Source: a virus
Length of the DNA: 64,000 bases
IMG/VR virus record: IMGVR_UViG_3300045988_169015
Span: 78,001-142,000 of that record
Reading direction: 5' to 3' (one strand)
Under the pieces are notes generated by a model that ran no database searches, was not told where the DNA came from, and saw nothing but the letters and a program-made list of their open reading frames with translations. This document shows, piece after piece, positions 55,545-64,000 of this stretch. Numbering within the stretch: the first letter of the stretch is position 1; every line of letters begins with the position of its first letter. The translations under genes were made by a program, and so were the position numbers.

Positions 55545-56115
55545 TTTGCAAAAAATAATGAAAACAGCAGTAAAAAAAGCTTTGAAAGAAGATATTGAAC
55601 CTGCTGTAAAAGAAGTTTATAAAAAACATGCTGAAACGTTGAAAGATATAAAACCGGGAAAAAACGCCGAAGGAGTTACAAATGCTGCTGCTAAAAAAGC
55701 ACAGAAAAAGACTGCAAAGCATATAGCTCGCAGAATGTCTGATGAAAAATACATTGTAAGTAGTGATAAATACTTGGCGCCAGAATTCAAAGATACTGGC
55801 GCCTTTAGTGTTTATAACGATAAGCCGCTTGAAACTTTGATGGGCTGGAAGGATCCTTATTCAGGACAAACCGATGAATTGTCCTTTACCAGATTAGTAG
55901 TTGATGGTAATATTCTTATCCACCCTGCTCTTACAGACCATAGAAATAAAGAAAGAATGGATGAAAAGCAATGGGCAACGTATCGTGAAAATAATCGTTT
56001 TGAAAAAAAAGCTTTTATCAATCGGGCTATGCACGATCTGAAACAGAATTATAAAGATGAATTTCAAGAGATGATTGCTAAACGCTTATTGGAAGAATAT
56101 AAAAAAAATAAATAA
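55528..56115 (+). CDS. hypothetical basic protein (195 aa)
   Basis: ORF track; own SD AGGAG. Confidence 0.7.
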   Translation: MSKQIDLQKIMKTAVKKALKEDIEPAVKEVYKKHAETLKDIKPGKNAEGVTNAAAKKAQKKTAKHIARRMSDEKYIVSSDKYLAPEFKDTGAFSVYNDKPLETLMGWKDPYSGQTDELSFTRLVVDGNILIHPALTDHRNKERMDEKQWATYRENNRFEKKAFINRAMHDLKQNYKDEFQEMIAKRLLEEYKKNK

Positions 56116-56127
56116 GGTGTGTGTTTT

Positions 56128-56955
56128 ATGGATTACAAAGGTTATACAGAATATACTTTTGCAAACGATGTCGAAATGGCAAATTTTTACGAGAATATGG
56201 CAGAAAATTCTTTAGGCTTAATGGTTAACGAATATTGTTTATTGTATTCTCACGATGGAGTTTTGGTTGACAAAATTAAATGGGACGGTATTAAGAATAT
56301 TGCTGTTACATATAAAGCCATCAATAATGATTGGTTTTCAAAAATTAAACCGATCAACATAGAACAAGAACTTGCCTTTGATATGCTTCAAGATAAAAAT
56401 ACAACAATTAAATTAGTTACTGGAAGGATGGGCAGCGGTAAAACATACTTAACTGTTTGTCATGCTCTGCAGGCATTAAAACAAAATAAATTTGACAAGA
56501 TTATTTACTTGAGGAATAACGTCTCGGTCAAAGATGTCCCTGAAATAGGATATCTCCCCGGTACAGAATTGGAGAAAATTTGTAATTTTGCTCTTCCTGT
56601 TGCTGATGCGCTTGGTGGTAAAGATGGTTTGAATATTCTTATGATGCAAGGGAAACTTGAAATTGTGCCTTTAGGTTTTATAAGAGGTAGGGACTTCAAG
56701 AACTCTGCTATTATTGTATCGGAAGCCGAAAACCTCACGGCCCAGCACGTTCAGCTTATTATAGGACGTGTCGGCGAAGGTTCTACGCTTTATTTTGATG
56801 GAGATATCAAGCAGGTTGATAAGAAGATTTTTGAAACCAATAACGGAATTACAAAGGCTATAGATGTTTTAAAGGGCAACAGACTTTTTGGATATGTTCA
56901 GCTGCAGAAAACAGAACGTAGTGAAACCGCTGCGCTTGCAGATCTTTTTGATTGA
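56128..56955 (+). CDS. phoH: PhoH-like ATPase
   Basis: VTGRMGSGKTYL Walker A, IIVSEAENL, GYLPG pattern; ATG 56128 (track GTG 56119). Confidence 0.75.
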   Translation: MDYKGYTEYTFANDVEMANFYENMAENSLGLMVNEYCLLYSHDGVLVDKIKWDGIKNIAVTYKAINNDWFSKIKPINIEQELAFDMLQDKNTTIKLVTGRMGSGKTYLTVCHALQALKQNKFDKIIYLRNNVSVKDVPEIGYLPGTELEKICNFALPVADALGGKDGLNILMMQGKLEIVPLGFIRGRDFKNSAIIVSEAENLTAQHVQLIIGRVGEGSTLYFDGDIKQVDKKIFETNNGITKAIDVLKGNRLFGYVQLQKTERSETAALADLFD

Positions 56956-56977
56956 AGGGCGGTGAGCAGATTTGAAT

Positions 56978-57220
56978 ATGATAAAAACTAAAATGACTTT
57001 ACATAACGACATAACAGGAAGAAAAGCAGCTAACTTTGTTCATGGAGTTACAAGCAAACCTTACAATATATGGATTTATAAGAACGACAGAATGATAAAC
57101 GCCAAAAGCATTCTGGGATTACTTTCGCTGAATTTACAGAGTGGAGATGAAGTTGAAGTACAAATTAGTTGCGACAACGAGAATGAGCTTTCAATTGTAT
57201 GTAACGAAATTAATAATTAA
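56978..57220 (+). CDS. HPr/Crh-like phosphocarrier-fold protein lacking the His15 equivalent
   Basis: NAKSILGLLSLNLQSGDEVEV matches the HPr Ser46 region (NLKSIMGVMSLG). The IHARPA active-site segment is ITGRKA here. Confidence 0.6.
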   Translation: MIKTKMTLHNDITGRKAANFVHGVTSKPYNIWIYKNDRMINAKSILGLLSLNLQSGDEVEVQISCDNENELSIVCNEINN

Positions 57221-57259
57221 GGGCAGATGACTGCCCTGTGTTGAAAGGAGTAATAATAC

Positions 57260-60200
57260 ATGGCAGGAAATATGCTTATGTTAGATGTCGGCATAAATTC
57301 TAAGAGTGCCGAAGATGGATTAGAATCTCTTGAAAGGACTCTTGAGAAAATAAGTCAAAAGAATGATAATCTTAAAATAGGAGAGCAGTTGGCTAATGAT
57401 GCAAAACTTGCTCAACAAAGATATAATGATTTAATTCAACTTGTTGAAAAAGCAGAAAGCAAAACCAAACAGGTTTTTGCTATGGCAGGTTTAAAATATG
57501 TTATTGAAGATATAACTGCGCTAAACCAAAAAATTAAAGAGACCGGCGCAGAGATAGATCAAATCGAGCTAAAGTCTATTAAATTCGATGGTAAGGAATT
57601 ATTTGATATAAAAGGTATCGACAAGTCAATAGATAAATTCGCTAAGGAAATTGATAAGTCTGCTAATGATTCTTTGAGCAAAATTTTGAAAACTCAGCTG
57701 GGTGATAAATTCTTTGCGGAGCAGAAAAAGAATTTACAGGATCAACTGGAATACGACATGAAACAGCTTGCTAAGAATTTTTCACAAGATAAGCTTGAAG
57801 CATATATAAACAAATACTTTAAAACGAAAGCATTTTCTGCGGCAAAAAATGGAAGCGACACAATCGCTCTTAATGGCCGTTTCCCTAAAGAAATCGAACA
57901 GTTGCTGAATAATAAAAAGATCTCTGAGCAGCTTAATGCTAACAATATTGATGTTAAAGCGATTTTGCAGCAAAAAGCAAAGGACGTTGCTTATGTTAAG
58001 GATATGAAAGAACAAATAACTAAAGAATTCATAAGTTTCTTAAACAACAATACTGATGCAAACACTTTTGGTAAGAGTTATACCGACTCTGACATTAAGG
58101 CTATGACCAGTGGTTCAAATATTTCTGAAATAACAAATGAAACGCAGAAGTTAAAAGATGAACTTAAAGAGTTAATCGACCTTTATAATAATTTTAATCA
58201 TAACACAGATGAAAACGAAATATATGATACCGTTGCGCAAATAGAAGCTCTCCGAACAGCGTTAAAAAGTTTGGGTGAAGAATCTTCAAAGGTCGGGAAA
58301 ATTGACGATATGGAGATGTATAAAAAGTATCTGAAAACTGTTAAAGATACTCTATCTCTTTCAAGAGATATGAACGAACCGGGTAAGACTGATGATTATA
58401 GCGAAGAATATGCGGCGCATGCACAAGCATTATCATATGACATTGATACGTTAAATGAAGTAAATATGCAGGCAATTATTGATAGTAGCGCTAAAGCTGA
58501 AAATAAAATTTCAACTTTAAAGGAACGCTTGTCTGACATTGATATGCTGATAGCAAAAATAAATAGCTACAATTCTTTAGCTCCGGGATTCGTTGAAGCA
58601 ATATTTAATACGAAAGATATCAATAAGCTGAATGAACAAAGAGAAATTATTATTGCTGGGTTGAAAAAGATGGGGGTTGACATATCAGGCATTGGTTCTA
58701 TTTCAGGAGCTTTAACTGGCGGCAACGATAGCTTGACAAGTGGTACCGGTGACACTCCAAATAGTGATGAAATGCTATCATCTGAAGAAGCTGAAAAACT
58801 TAAGAAAAATTATGCCGATATTACCGCCGAAGTTGAAAAGTATAAGCAGCAGATTACGGAATTGACCGCCAAAATAAAAGAGTATCGCACAACTGCCGAT
58901 CAGCCTGATGATATCAAAAATAAACTTCTAACTACTGAACAGGCTCTTGAATCTGCCAAGCAGAAGATTGATGAACTCAATCAAAAAATAAGTGACTTAA
59001 ATGATAAATTGGAATTCGATTCAATAGTTGGCCCCGATGGTTTTGTGATAAATCAAGAAGATTATGATAATCTTACCTCTGCTCTTGAAAAAGTAAAAGC
59101 AGAGGCACAGAGTGCCAAAGACGAGCTTGAACAACTTAAAGCTACTTCTGTACAAGTAGGCGAAGGAGAACAAGTTGTTAAGGCTGGCAGCCCTGAAACT
59201 ATTAAGGAACTTGGAGAAGCCGTTAAAGCACTTCAGGAAAGAATGAATAAGGCAGAGGAAATTTTGAAAGATATCCCCGAAGGTATGAGTGGGTTAAAAA
59301 GACTTAGCGGACAAATTGAAAAAATGTCAGGGAACTTCAATGAAGATGGCAGTCTGAAAAATCTTGGCACCACTGCAGAGGAATTGGCCGAACAGTTTAA
59401 GCAACTTGAAAATCAATTTGATGCAAAGATAGATAAAAAAATTGCTAAATTTGAAAAGAACTCATATAAAGGGAAGATGTCAAATAAAAAGTTTAATTTG
59501 GCAGGATCACTTAAAGACTTAAAGGTCGGAAACAACAAGCCTCAAAACGATATTGCTGATGATGATCCACAGGAATCAACTGCCAACACTCAAGAACTCT
59601 ATAAGGAAACTGAAGCATATAAAAAATTATCTGAAGCAGTACAAGCTTTTAATGAGCTTACATCTCAAAAAATAGATAAAACCGATTTCGATGCAAGAAT
59701 AAAAAGGCTGCAAGATATGCAGTCTTGTGTCAAGGATATTATTGCTACTGTAGAAAACTACGAGGGTAAAGCTAACGAACTTTCTGCTCTTGTTTTAAAG
59801 AGTAAAAATGGAGACATATCAATTCAGGATAGCACAAAACTTGACGCATTGATGAATAAATTGCAGTCTGGAATCGGCACGAATACTGAAAAGAAAAATC
59901 AAATGGCGCAGGCCAAGGAAGATGCAAAGAAATATGAGGCTGTAATTGATGAATATAATCAGAAATTCCAGAGAATGATTTCGCAGAAAGTAACGTCTGG
60001 AAAGCAATTCAATGTTTTAAAGCAAAACTTAAAGTCGATGTCTAATAGTGTTGATGCTATTATGGAAAAGTATGATACATTTAAAGGTCAAGACTTTTAT
60101 TCATCTGATTTTGCAAACCGTGGAGAGGCTATTCGTGGGAAGATAAAGGACGCTTCTTTAGATTTGAATGAGATTTCTAAATATAAAAATTATGAAGAAG

Positions 60201-63200
60201 ATATATTTAATATCCAAGCAAAATACTCAGAATCTTTGAAGAAGCAGAAGCAAGAGCAGGATGCTATAGCTGAAGCAGCTCGTAAAAGAGCCGAAGCTGA
60301 AAAAGAGGCATCCAATGCAGTTGAGCCAAAAGAGGCACCTGTCCCTGAAAATATATCAGTTGCTGAAAAATCCAGAGAAGAGCAGAAACGTAAAGCTTTA
60401 GAGAGGCAAGCGGCCAATAACAATCAATCAGAAGTTGGATCTCCGTCATCTAATATCTTAGCTTCAGAGGTTGAAAACTTTGATGAAATTGATAAGGCTG
60501 TAACAAATTTAACTCAACACATCAATGAAAAGACCGAATCAATCAAAGCCGAAGCTGAAGAGATGACTGTGGCGTCGGCGTCTGAGGTTGAATCTGTAAC
60601 TTCAATCAGTAATGCTGTTGATGATCTAAAGGCAAAAGTTGAAAAGCCTTTTAAAATCAGTATTGGCAATACTCCCGTTGAAAATAAACCTTCTGAAGAC
60701 ACAACTAACGGCACCTTGACAGAAAGTTATAATGTTCTGAATGAAAATCAGGTTGCCTCTATTCGTGAGCAAATTGTTGCTGCACTCGGAGAAAATAATC
60801 CTATTCCAATTTCTTTCACGCCTAATGTTGAAGGACTAAAAAAGCAAATCGCCGACGAGTTGAAAAAGGTTCCTATTGAAATAACCAATAACAATATTAA
60901 GGAAACTCTGAACATACAGCATTTAAAAGTCGATCCAAAAGCATTTGGTCAGGGCATTAAAAATGTTAAAATCCAATCATTTAAACTAACTAAAGAAGCC
61001 AAGAATGGATTGAAAACTGATCTTGGCGAAGCAATGAAAAACGTTGGATTAAGCTTAGATACAAAACAACTTCAGGCTGATGTTGAGGCCGCCATCACCA
61101 ATGCTCGTGAAAAGGCTGCTCAAAGAGCAGTAAGAGAAGCTCAAAGACAAGAAGAACCGCAAGTTCCTAAGCCGTCTAAATCTCAGCTAAATGAATATGA
61201 CAAGGTTCAAAAGAGCATTGAGGACGCTTATAATGCTGCATCTAAGATGAAAGAGAATGTTTCCGGGGCACTTTCCAATATTTCCAGAGATCTCTCATCA
61301 GAACTTCAAAATACAGTTAACACATTGGGCGAAATAAATCCATTAGAAAATTTTGATGATGCAAATGTTTTGGGAGAATGGTTAAATCAAAATAAAGCTA
61401 TTATTGATAGTTGGAATACTCTTGAGAAAAAAATACAGGACGTTCTCAAGTTAAGCAATAACACAGCAGAAACTTATTCGGCTACAATGTCAAATACAGA
61501 CTTCGTTTCTAAGATGAGTAAGGACTTAGACAAAATAAAGAATAAGTTTAATGACGTATTTAGTGGAGATCAACTCGTAGCTTATAACAGTCTAATAGAA
61601 GCACTTGATAAGAAAATTCAGAATATTAATAGCGGTTCATCGAATTATAATATCGAAAATATTCAAGAAATCATCAATGCAATGAAGGCTTTGAATGAAA
61701 CTACCGATAGGTTTACCAATATCAATAAATCTGTCAATAATCTGGATAAGCTTTTAAATACACTTGAAGCCGCCAAGAAAAACACAGTTAATCGTGGCGG
61801 TCAAGGTGATGAATATTATAATAAGATAACAGATTTAATTGCCCGAATTGAGAAATTAAAAAATGAACAAAAGGATCTGACAACTGGTTCCAATAAGAAA
61901 ATCGGTGAGTCTCTTGGTAAAATAGAATCTATTTCTAAAGAAGTGGATGAGCTCAAGAAAAAAACTTCTGATTTCAAAGGTATGGATAATATTGCCGGTT
62001 CCGCAGAAAAGCTCGGCTCTAAATTTGATGATTTAATCTTTAAAATTCAGGATTTTATAGACAAAAACAGTAGGATCAATCAAGATAGCGGTCTTTCTGC
62101 CGAGTTTAATAAATTAATGATGTCGGTTCAAAATGCTGATAGATCAGCAAAATCATTGAATGAACTTACTGCGAAATTTAATTCTCTGAAATCTGTTGTT
62201 ATGAGCAAGGGCTTGACTGGAAGATCTTTAGGTGACGAACTTAGCTTTATCGCTTCAAAGATTGGGCTCAAAGCAATGATTGGTGGAGCTACGTATCAAG
62301 CATTAAATTATCTTAAACAGATGATTTCTGTAGTCAGAGAACTTGATACCGGGATGACGAATCTTAAACGTGTAAGTGAAGAGACTGAATCTACATATCA
62401 AAAATTTATGACTTCTGCTGCTAATCAAGCTCGTAATCTTGGATCAACTATGCAGCAGGTAATTGATGCAACTACTGATTTTAGCCGTTTGGGCTACAAC
62501 CTCAAAGAAGCTTCTGAGTTGGCTAACAATGCTTTAATGTATTCAAATGTAGGAGATTTGGATATCAATACCGCAACAGATGACATAGTATCATCAATGA
62601 AAGCGTTCAATATTGCTGCCGAAGATAGCATTAAGATCGTTGATACATTTAATACTTTAGGTAACAAATACGCTCTTGCTTCTGCGGATGTAGGACAGGG
62701 TTTAAGAGAGTCGGCATCGGCTTTAGCAACAGCAAACAATACAATGGAAGAATCAGCAGCGATGATTACAGCCATAACAGAAATTACACAGGACAGTGCA
62801 AGTGCGGGCAATGCCTTGAAAACTTTGTCAATGAGGCTTCGTGGAGCATCTTCATCTCTTGAGGCAGCAGGCGAAGATACTGACGGAATGTGTAATTCTG
62901 TTTCTAAATTGCGAGAAAAAATCAAAGGACTTTCTGGCGTAGACATTATGCTTGATGAAGACACGTTTAAATCAACATATCAAATTATGGGCGAAATAGC
63001 CGATAAGTGGGCCGATATGAGTGATATTAACCGTGCAAGCTTACTTGAAACTATTGCAGGCAAGACAAGAGCAAATCAGGTTTCAGCTTTGCTGAATAAC
63101 TGGACCACTGCGTCTTCGGCTCTGGTGGATTCTTTAAATTCAGCGGGTTCTGCATTAGATGAAAGCGCAACATATGTAGATTCTATTGAGGGTCGCATAG

Positions 63201-63556
63201 CACAGCTCAAAGCATCATATCAGAAATTAAGCAACGATGTCATTGATTCTGGTCTTATAAAATTCTTTGTCTCCACAGGAGACGCAATCGTAAGAGCAAC
63301 CGATTCACTTCTGTCATTTAGTCAGATATTCGAAAAAATTGCCCCAGATAGCAGCTGGGCGGAATATTTCGATGAGATCAAAGCTCTTCCCACTATAATT
63401 ACAGCTATCAGTGCCGGACTTTCAATAAAGAATAAGGGTCAAAAAGCTGATGGCATTTTAGGTATTAATATGCCCTTTGTTCAGGTAACTGAGCAAATGC
63501 ACAAACCGGAAAATTGCTGGAAATCACTAACGCCGTTCTACCAAAGCGCAGCCTGA
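57260..63556 (+). CDS. tail tape measure protein (coding part probably ends at 63439, where a group I intron begins)
   Basis: 2098-aa ORF. About 1,600 aa of coiled coil, then a TP901-type tape-measure core pattern (LGSTMQQVIDATTDFSRLGY, ALKTLSMRLRG, RASLLETIAGKTRANQVSALL) and a hydrophobic segment. The last 39 codons read into intron helices. Confidence 0.85.
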   Translation: MAGNMLMLDVGINSKSAEDGLESLERTLEKISQKNDNLKIGEQLANDAKLAQQRYNDLIQLVEKAESKTKQVFAMAGLKYVIEDITALNQKIKETGAEIDQIELKSIKFDGKELFDIKGIDKSIDKFAKEIDKSANDSLSKILKTQLGDKFFAEQKKNLQDQLEYDMKQLAKNFSQDKLEAYINKYFKTKAFSAAKNGSDTIALNGRFPKEIEQLLNNKKISEQLNANNIDVKAILQQKAKDVAYVKDMKEQITKEFISFLNNNTDANTFGKSYTDSDIKAMTSGSNISEITNETQKLKDELKELIDLYNNFNHNTDENEIYDTVAQIEALRTALKSLGEESSKVGKIDDMEMYKKYLKTVKDTLSLSRDMNEPGKTDDYSEEYAAHAQALSYDIDTLNEVNMQAIIDSSAKAENKISTLKERLSDIDMLIAKINSYNSLAPGFVEAIFNTKDINKLNEQREIIIAGLKKMGVDISGIGSISGALTGGNDSLTSGTGDTPNSDEMLSSEEAEKLKKNYADITAEVEKYKQQITELTAKIKEYRTTADQPDDIKNKLLTTEQALESAKQKIDELNQKISDLNDKLEFDSIVGPDGFVINQEDYDNLTSALEKVKAEAQSAKDELEQLKATSVQVGEGEQVVKAGSPETIKELGEAVKALQERMNKAEEILKDIPEGMSGLKRLSGQIEKMSGNFNEDGSLKNLGTTAEELAEQFKQLENQFDAKIDKKIAKFEKNSYKGKMSNKKFNLAGSLKDLKVGNNKPQNDIADDDPQESTANTQELYKETEAYKKLSEAVQAFNELTSQKIDKTDFDARIKRLQDMQSCVKDIIATVENYEGKANELSALVLKSKNGDISIQDSTKLDALMNKLQSGIGTNTEKKNQMAQAKEDAKKYEAVIDEYNQKFQRMISQKVTSGKQFNVLKQNLKSMSNSVDAIMEKYDTFKGQDFYSSDFANRGEAIRGKIKDASLDLNEISKYKNYEEDIFNIQAKYSESLKKQKQEQDAIAEAARKRAEAEKEASNAVEPKEAPVPENISVAEKSREEQKRKALERQAANNNQSEVGSPSSNILASEVENFDEIDKAVTNLTQHINEKTESIKAEAEEMTVASASEVESVTSISNAVDDLKAKVEKPFKISIGNTPVENKPSEDTTNGTLTESYNVLNENQVASIREQIVAALGENNPIPISFTPNVEGLKKQIADELKKVPIEITNNNIKETLNIQHLKVDPKAFGQGIKNVKIQSFKLTKEAKNGLKTDLGEAMKNVGLSLDTKQLQADVEAAITNAREKAAQRAVREAQRQEEPQVPKPSKSQLNEYDKVQKSIEDAYNAASKMKENVSGALSNISRDLSSELQNTVNTLGEINPLENFDDANVLGEWLNQNKAIIDSWNTLEKKIQDVLKLSNNTAETYSATMSNTDFVSKMSKDLDKIKNKFNDVFSGDQLVAYNSLIEALDKKIQNINSGSSNYNIENIQEIINAMKALNETTDRFTNINKSVNNLDKLLNTLEAAKKNTVNRGGQGDEYYNKITDLIARIEKLKNEQKDLTTGSNKKIGESLGKIESISKEVDELKKKTSDFKGMDNIAGSAEKLGSKFDDLIFKIQDFIDKNSRINQDSGLSAEFNKLMMSVQNADRSAKSLNELTAKFNSLKSVVMSKGLTGRSLGDELSFIASKIGLKAMIGGATYQALNYLKQMISVVRELDTGMTNLKRVSEETESTYQKFMTSAANQARNLGSTMQQVIDATTDFSRLGYNLKEASELANNALMYSNVGDLDINTATDDIVSSMKAFNIAAEDSIKIVDTFNTLGNKYALASADVGQGLRESASALATANNTMEESAAMITAITEITQDSASAGNALKTLSMRLRGASSSLEAAGEDTDGMCNSVSKLREKIKGLSGVDIMLDEDTFKSTYQIMGEIADKWADMSDINRASLLETIAGKTRANQVSALLNNWTTASSALVDSLNSAGSALDESATYVDSIEGRIAQLKASYQKLSNDVIDSGLIKFFVSTGDAIVRATDSLLSFSQIFEKIAPDSSWAEYFDEIKALPTIITAISAGLSIKNKGQKADGILGINMPFVQVTEQMHKPENCWKSLTPFYQSAA

Positions 63557-63943
63557 AAAGGTATTCGTCATGGTGAGGAAACTCAGAAAAAACAGAACGA
63601 CTCCCCTATGCCAAAAGCTAACGGGGTTAATAATGTGAAATCAGCAGCCAAGCCGCTAAGTCCATAAGGATAAAAATTGAAGGGTGAGACCTTCTGCGGT
63701 CGGTTCAGAGACTGTAAGTCGGTTGGCAAGTAATCTGTTCGTTGGATACTTGTCTGAGAGACAGTCCAATCTCACTCGATAGAGTGTCCATGCTCAAGTG
63801 TAAAGACACTTTTAGAAGTAGTATGGAGTTATCAACGCTATCTATCAACGTAAAAGATAGAAAAACAAATAACAAGCAAAAACCGCCGTGGTATTCGGCG
63901 GATTTTTTTTTACCATTTATGATTACAATCATTACATTATTTG
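63440..63943 (+). mobile_element. group I self-splicing intron (5' end well supported, 3' end uncertain and may lie beyond the window)
   Basis: P1 AAGGGU/GCCCUU with U63439:G63472; P2 63479-63494 (GUAA loop); P3 63504-08/63720-24; J3/4 AAAA; P4 63514-20/63641-47; P6 63652-56/63696-700; P7 63710-14/63762-66; P8 63725-32/63747-54; P9 63783-88/63805-10. Confidence 0.75.
63878..63911 (+). terminator. terminator-like hairpin (or peripheral intron helix)
   Basis: AAAAA-CCGCCG-tggtatt-CGGCGG-A-T9. Confidence 0.4.
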
Positions 63944-63990
63944 ATATGTGTTATATCATTTTAATATCAATAAAAGAAAGGAATTAATCA

Positions 63991-64000
63991 ATGAGTAAAA
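63991..64000 (+). CDS. start of next gene (partial; intron-encoded or tail gene)
   Basis: ATG 63991 with AAAGAAAGGAA upstream; only 10 nt lie in the window. Confidence 0.3.

Noticed and set aside
55119-56115. Tail-chaperone G/GT programmed -1 frameshift at the 55528 overlap
   Set aside because: The second ORF is in the +1 frame relative to the first. It has its own AGGAG SD and ATG, and there is no slippery heptamer at the overlap.
63742-63987. 81-aa ORF as an independent gene or as tape measure exon 2
   Set aside because: Its 5' half overlaps intron helices P7' to P9. It contains the terminator-like hairpin, and no good P10 pairing exists for a junction near 63826. It cannot be fully excluded without splicing data.

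Overview
This window is a 64-kb segment of a tailed dsDNA phage or prophage. It has low GC, strong GGAGG Shine-Dalgarno sites and TTGACA-17-TATAAT promoters, which are Firmicutes-like signals. Two divergent arms meet at a switch region at about 16.9-18.0 kb. The leftward arm (1-17.1 kb, minus strand) holds about 30 mostly unknown genes. These include a 2xHTH protein, two paralogous Cys-rich giants, an M20/M28-like peptidase and an orphan reverse-transcriptase (RT) operon. Downstream of the RT operon lies a tandem array of nine units, each a conserved CTAAA-N4-TTTAG-ATA box followed by a long unit-specific hairpin and TTGCAKT. The same arm contains a 1.2-kb ORF-free, hairpin-dense region (14.95-16.15 kb) and a strongly over-represented sense-strand 9-mer, TAAYTGCAA. 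The rightward arm (18-64 kb, plus strand) starts with a tyrosine recombinase. It continues with an accessory island carrying an RNA/tRNA-repair gene set: Thg1-like enzyme, RlaP-like nucleotidyltransferase, CCA-adding enzyme, phosphoesterase and ADP-ribosylglycohydrolase. Next come a YonO/RdRP-like single-subunit RNA polymerase, ClpP, two HU-like proteins, tRNA-Glu(UUC), HNH, terminase, portal, capsid and tail genes with a RusA/PhoH/HPr-like insertion. The arm ends with a roughly 2,000-aa tape measure gene whose 3' end is interrupted by a group I intron. All functional calls rest on motifs read by eye and on remembered family signatures; no database search or folding program was available. Coordinates of small elements were hand-counted.
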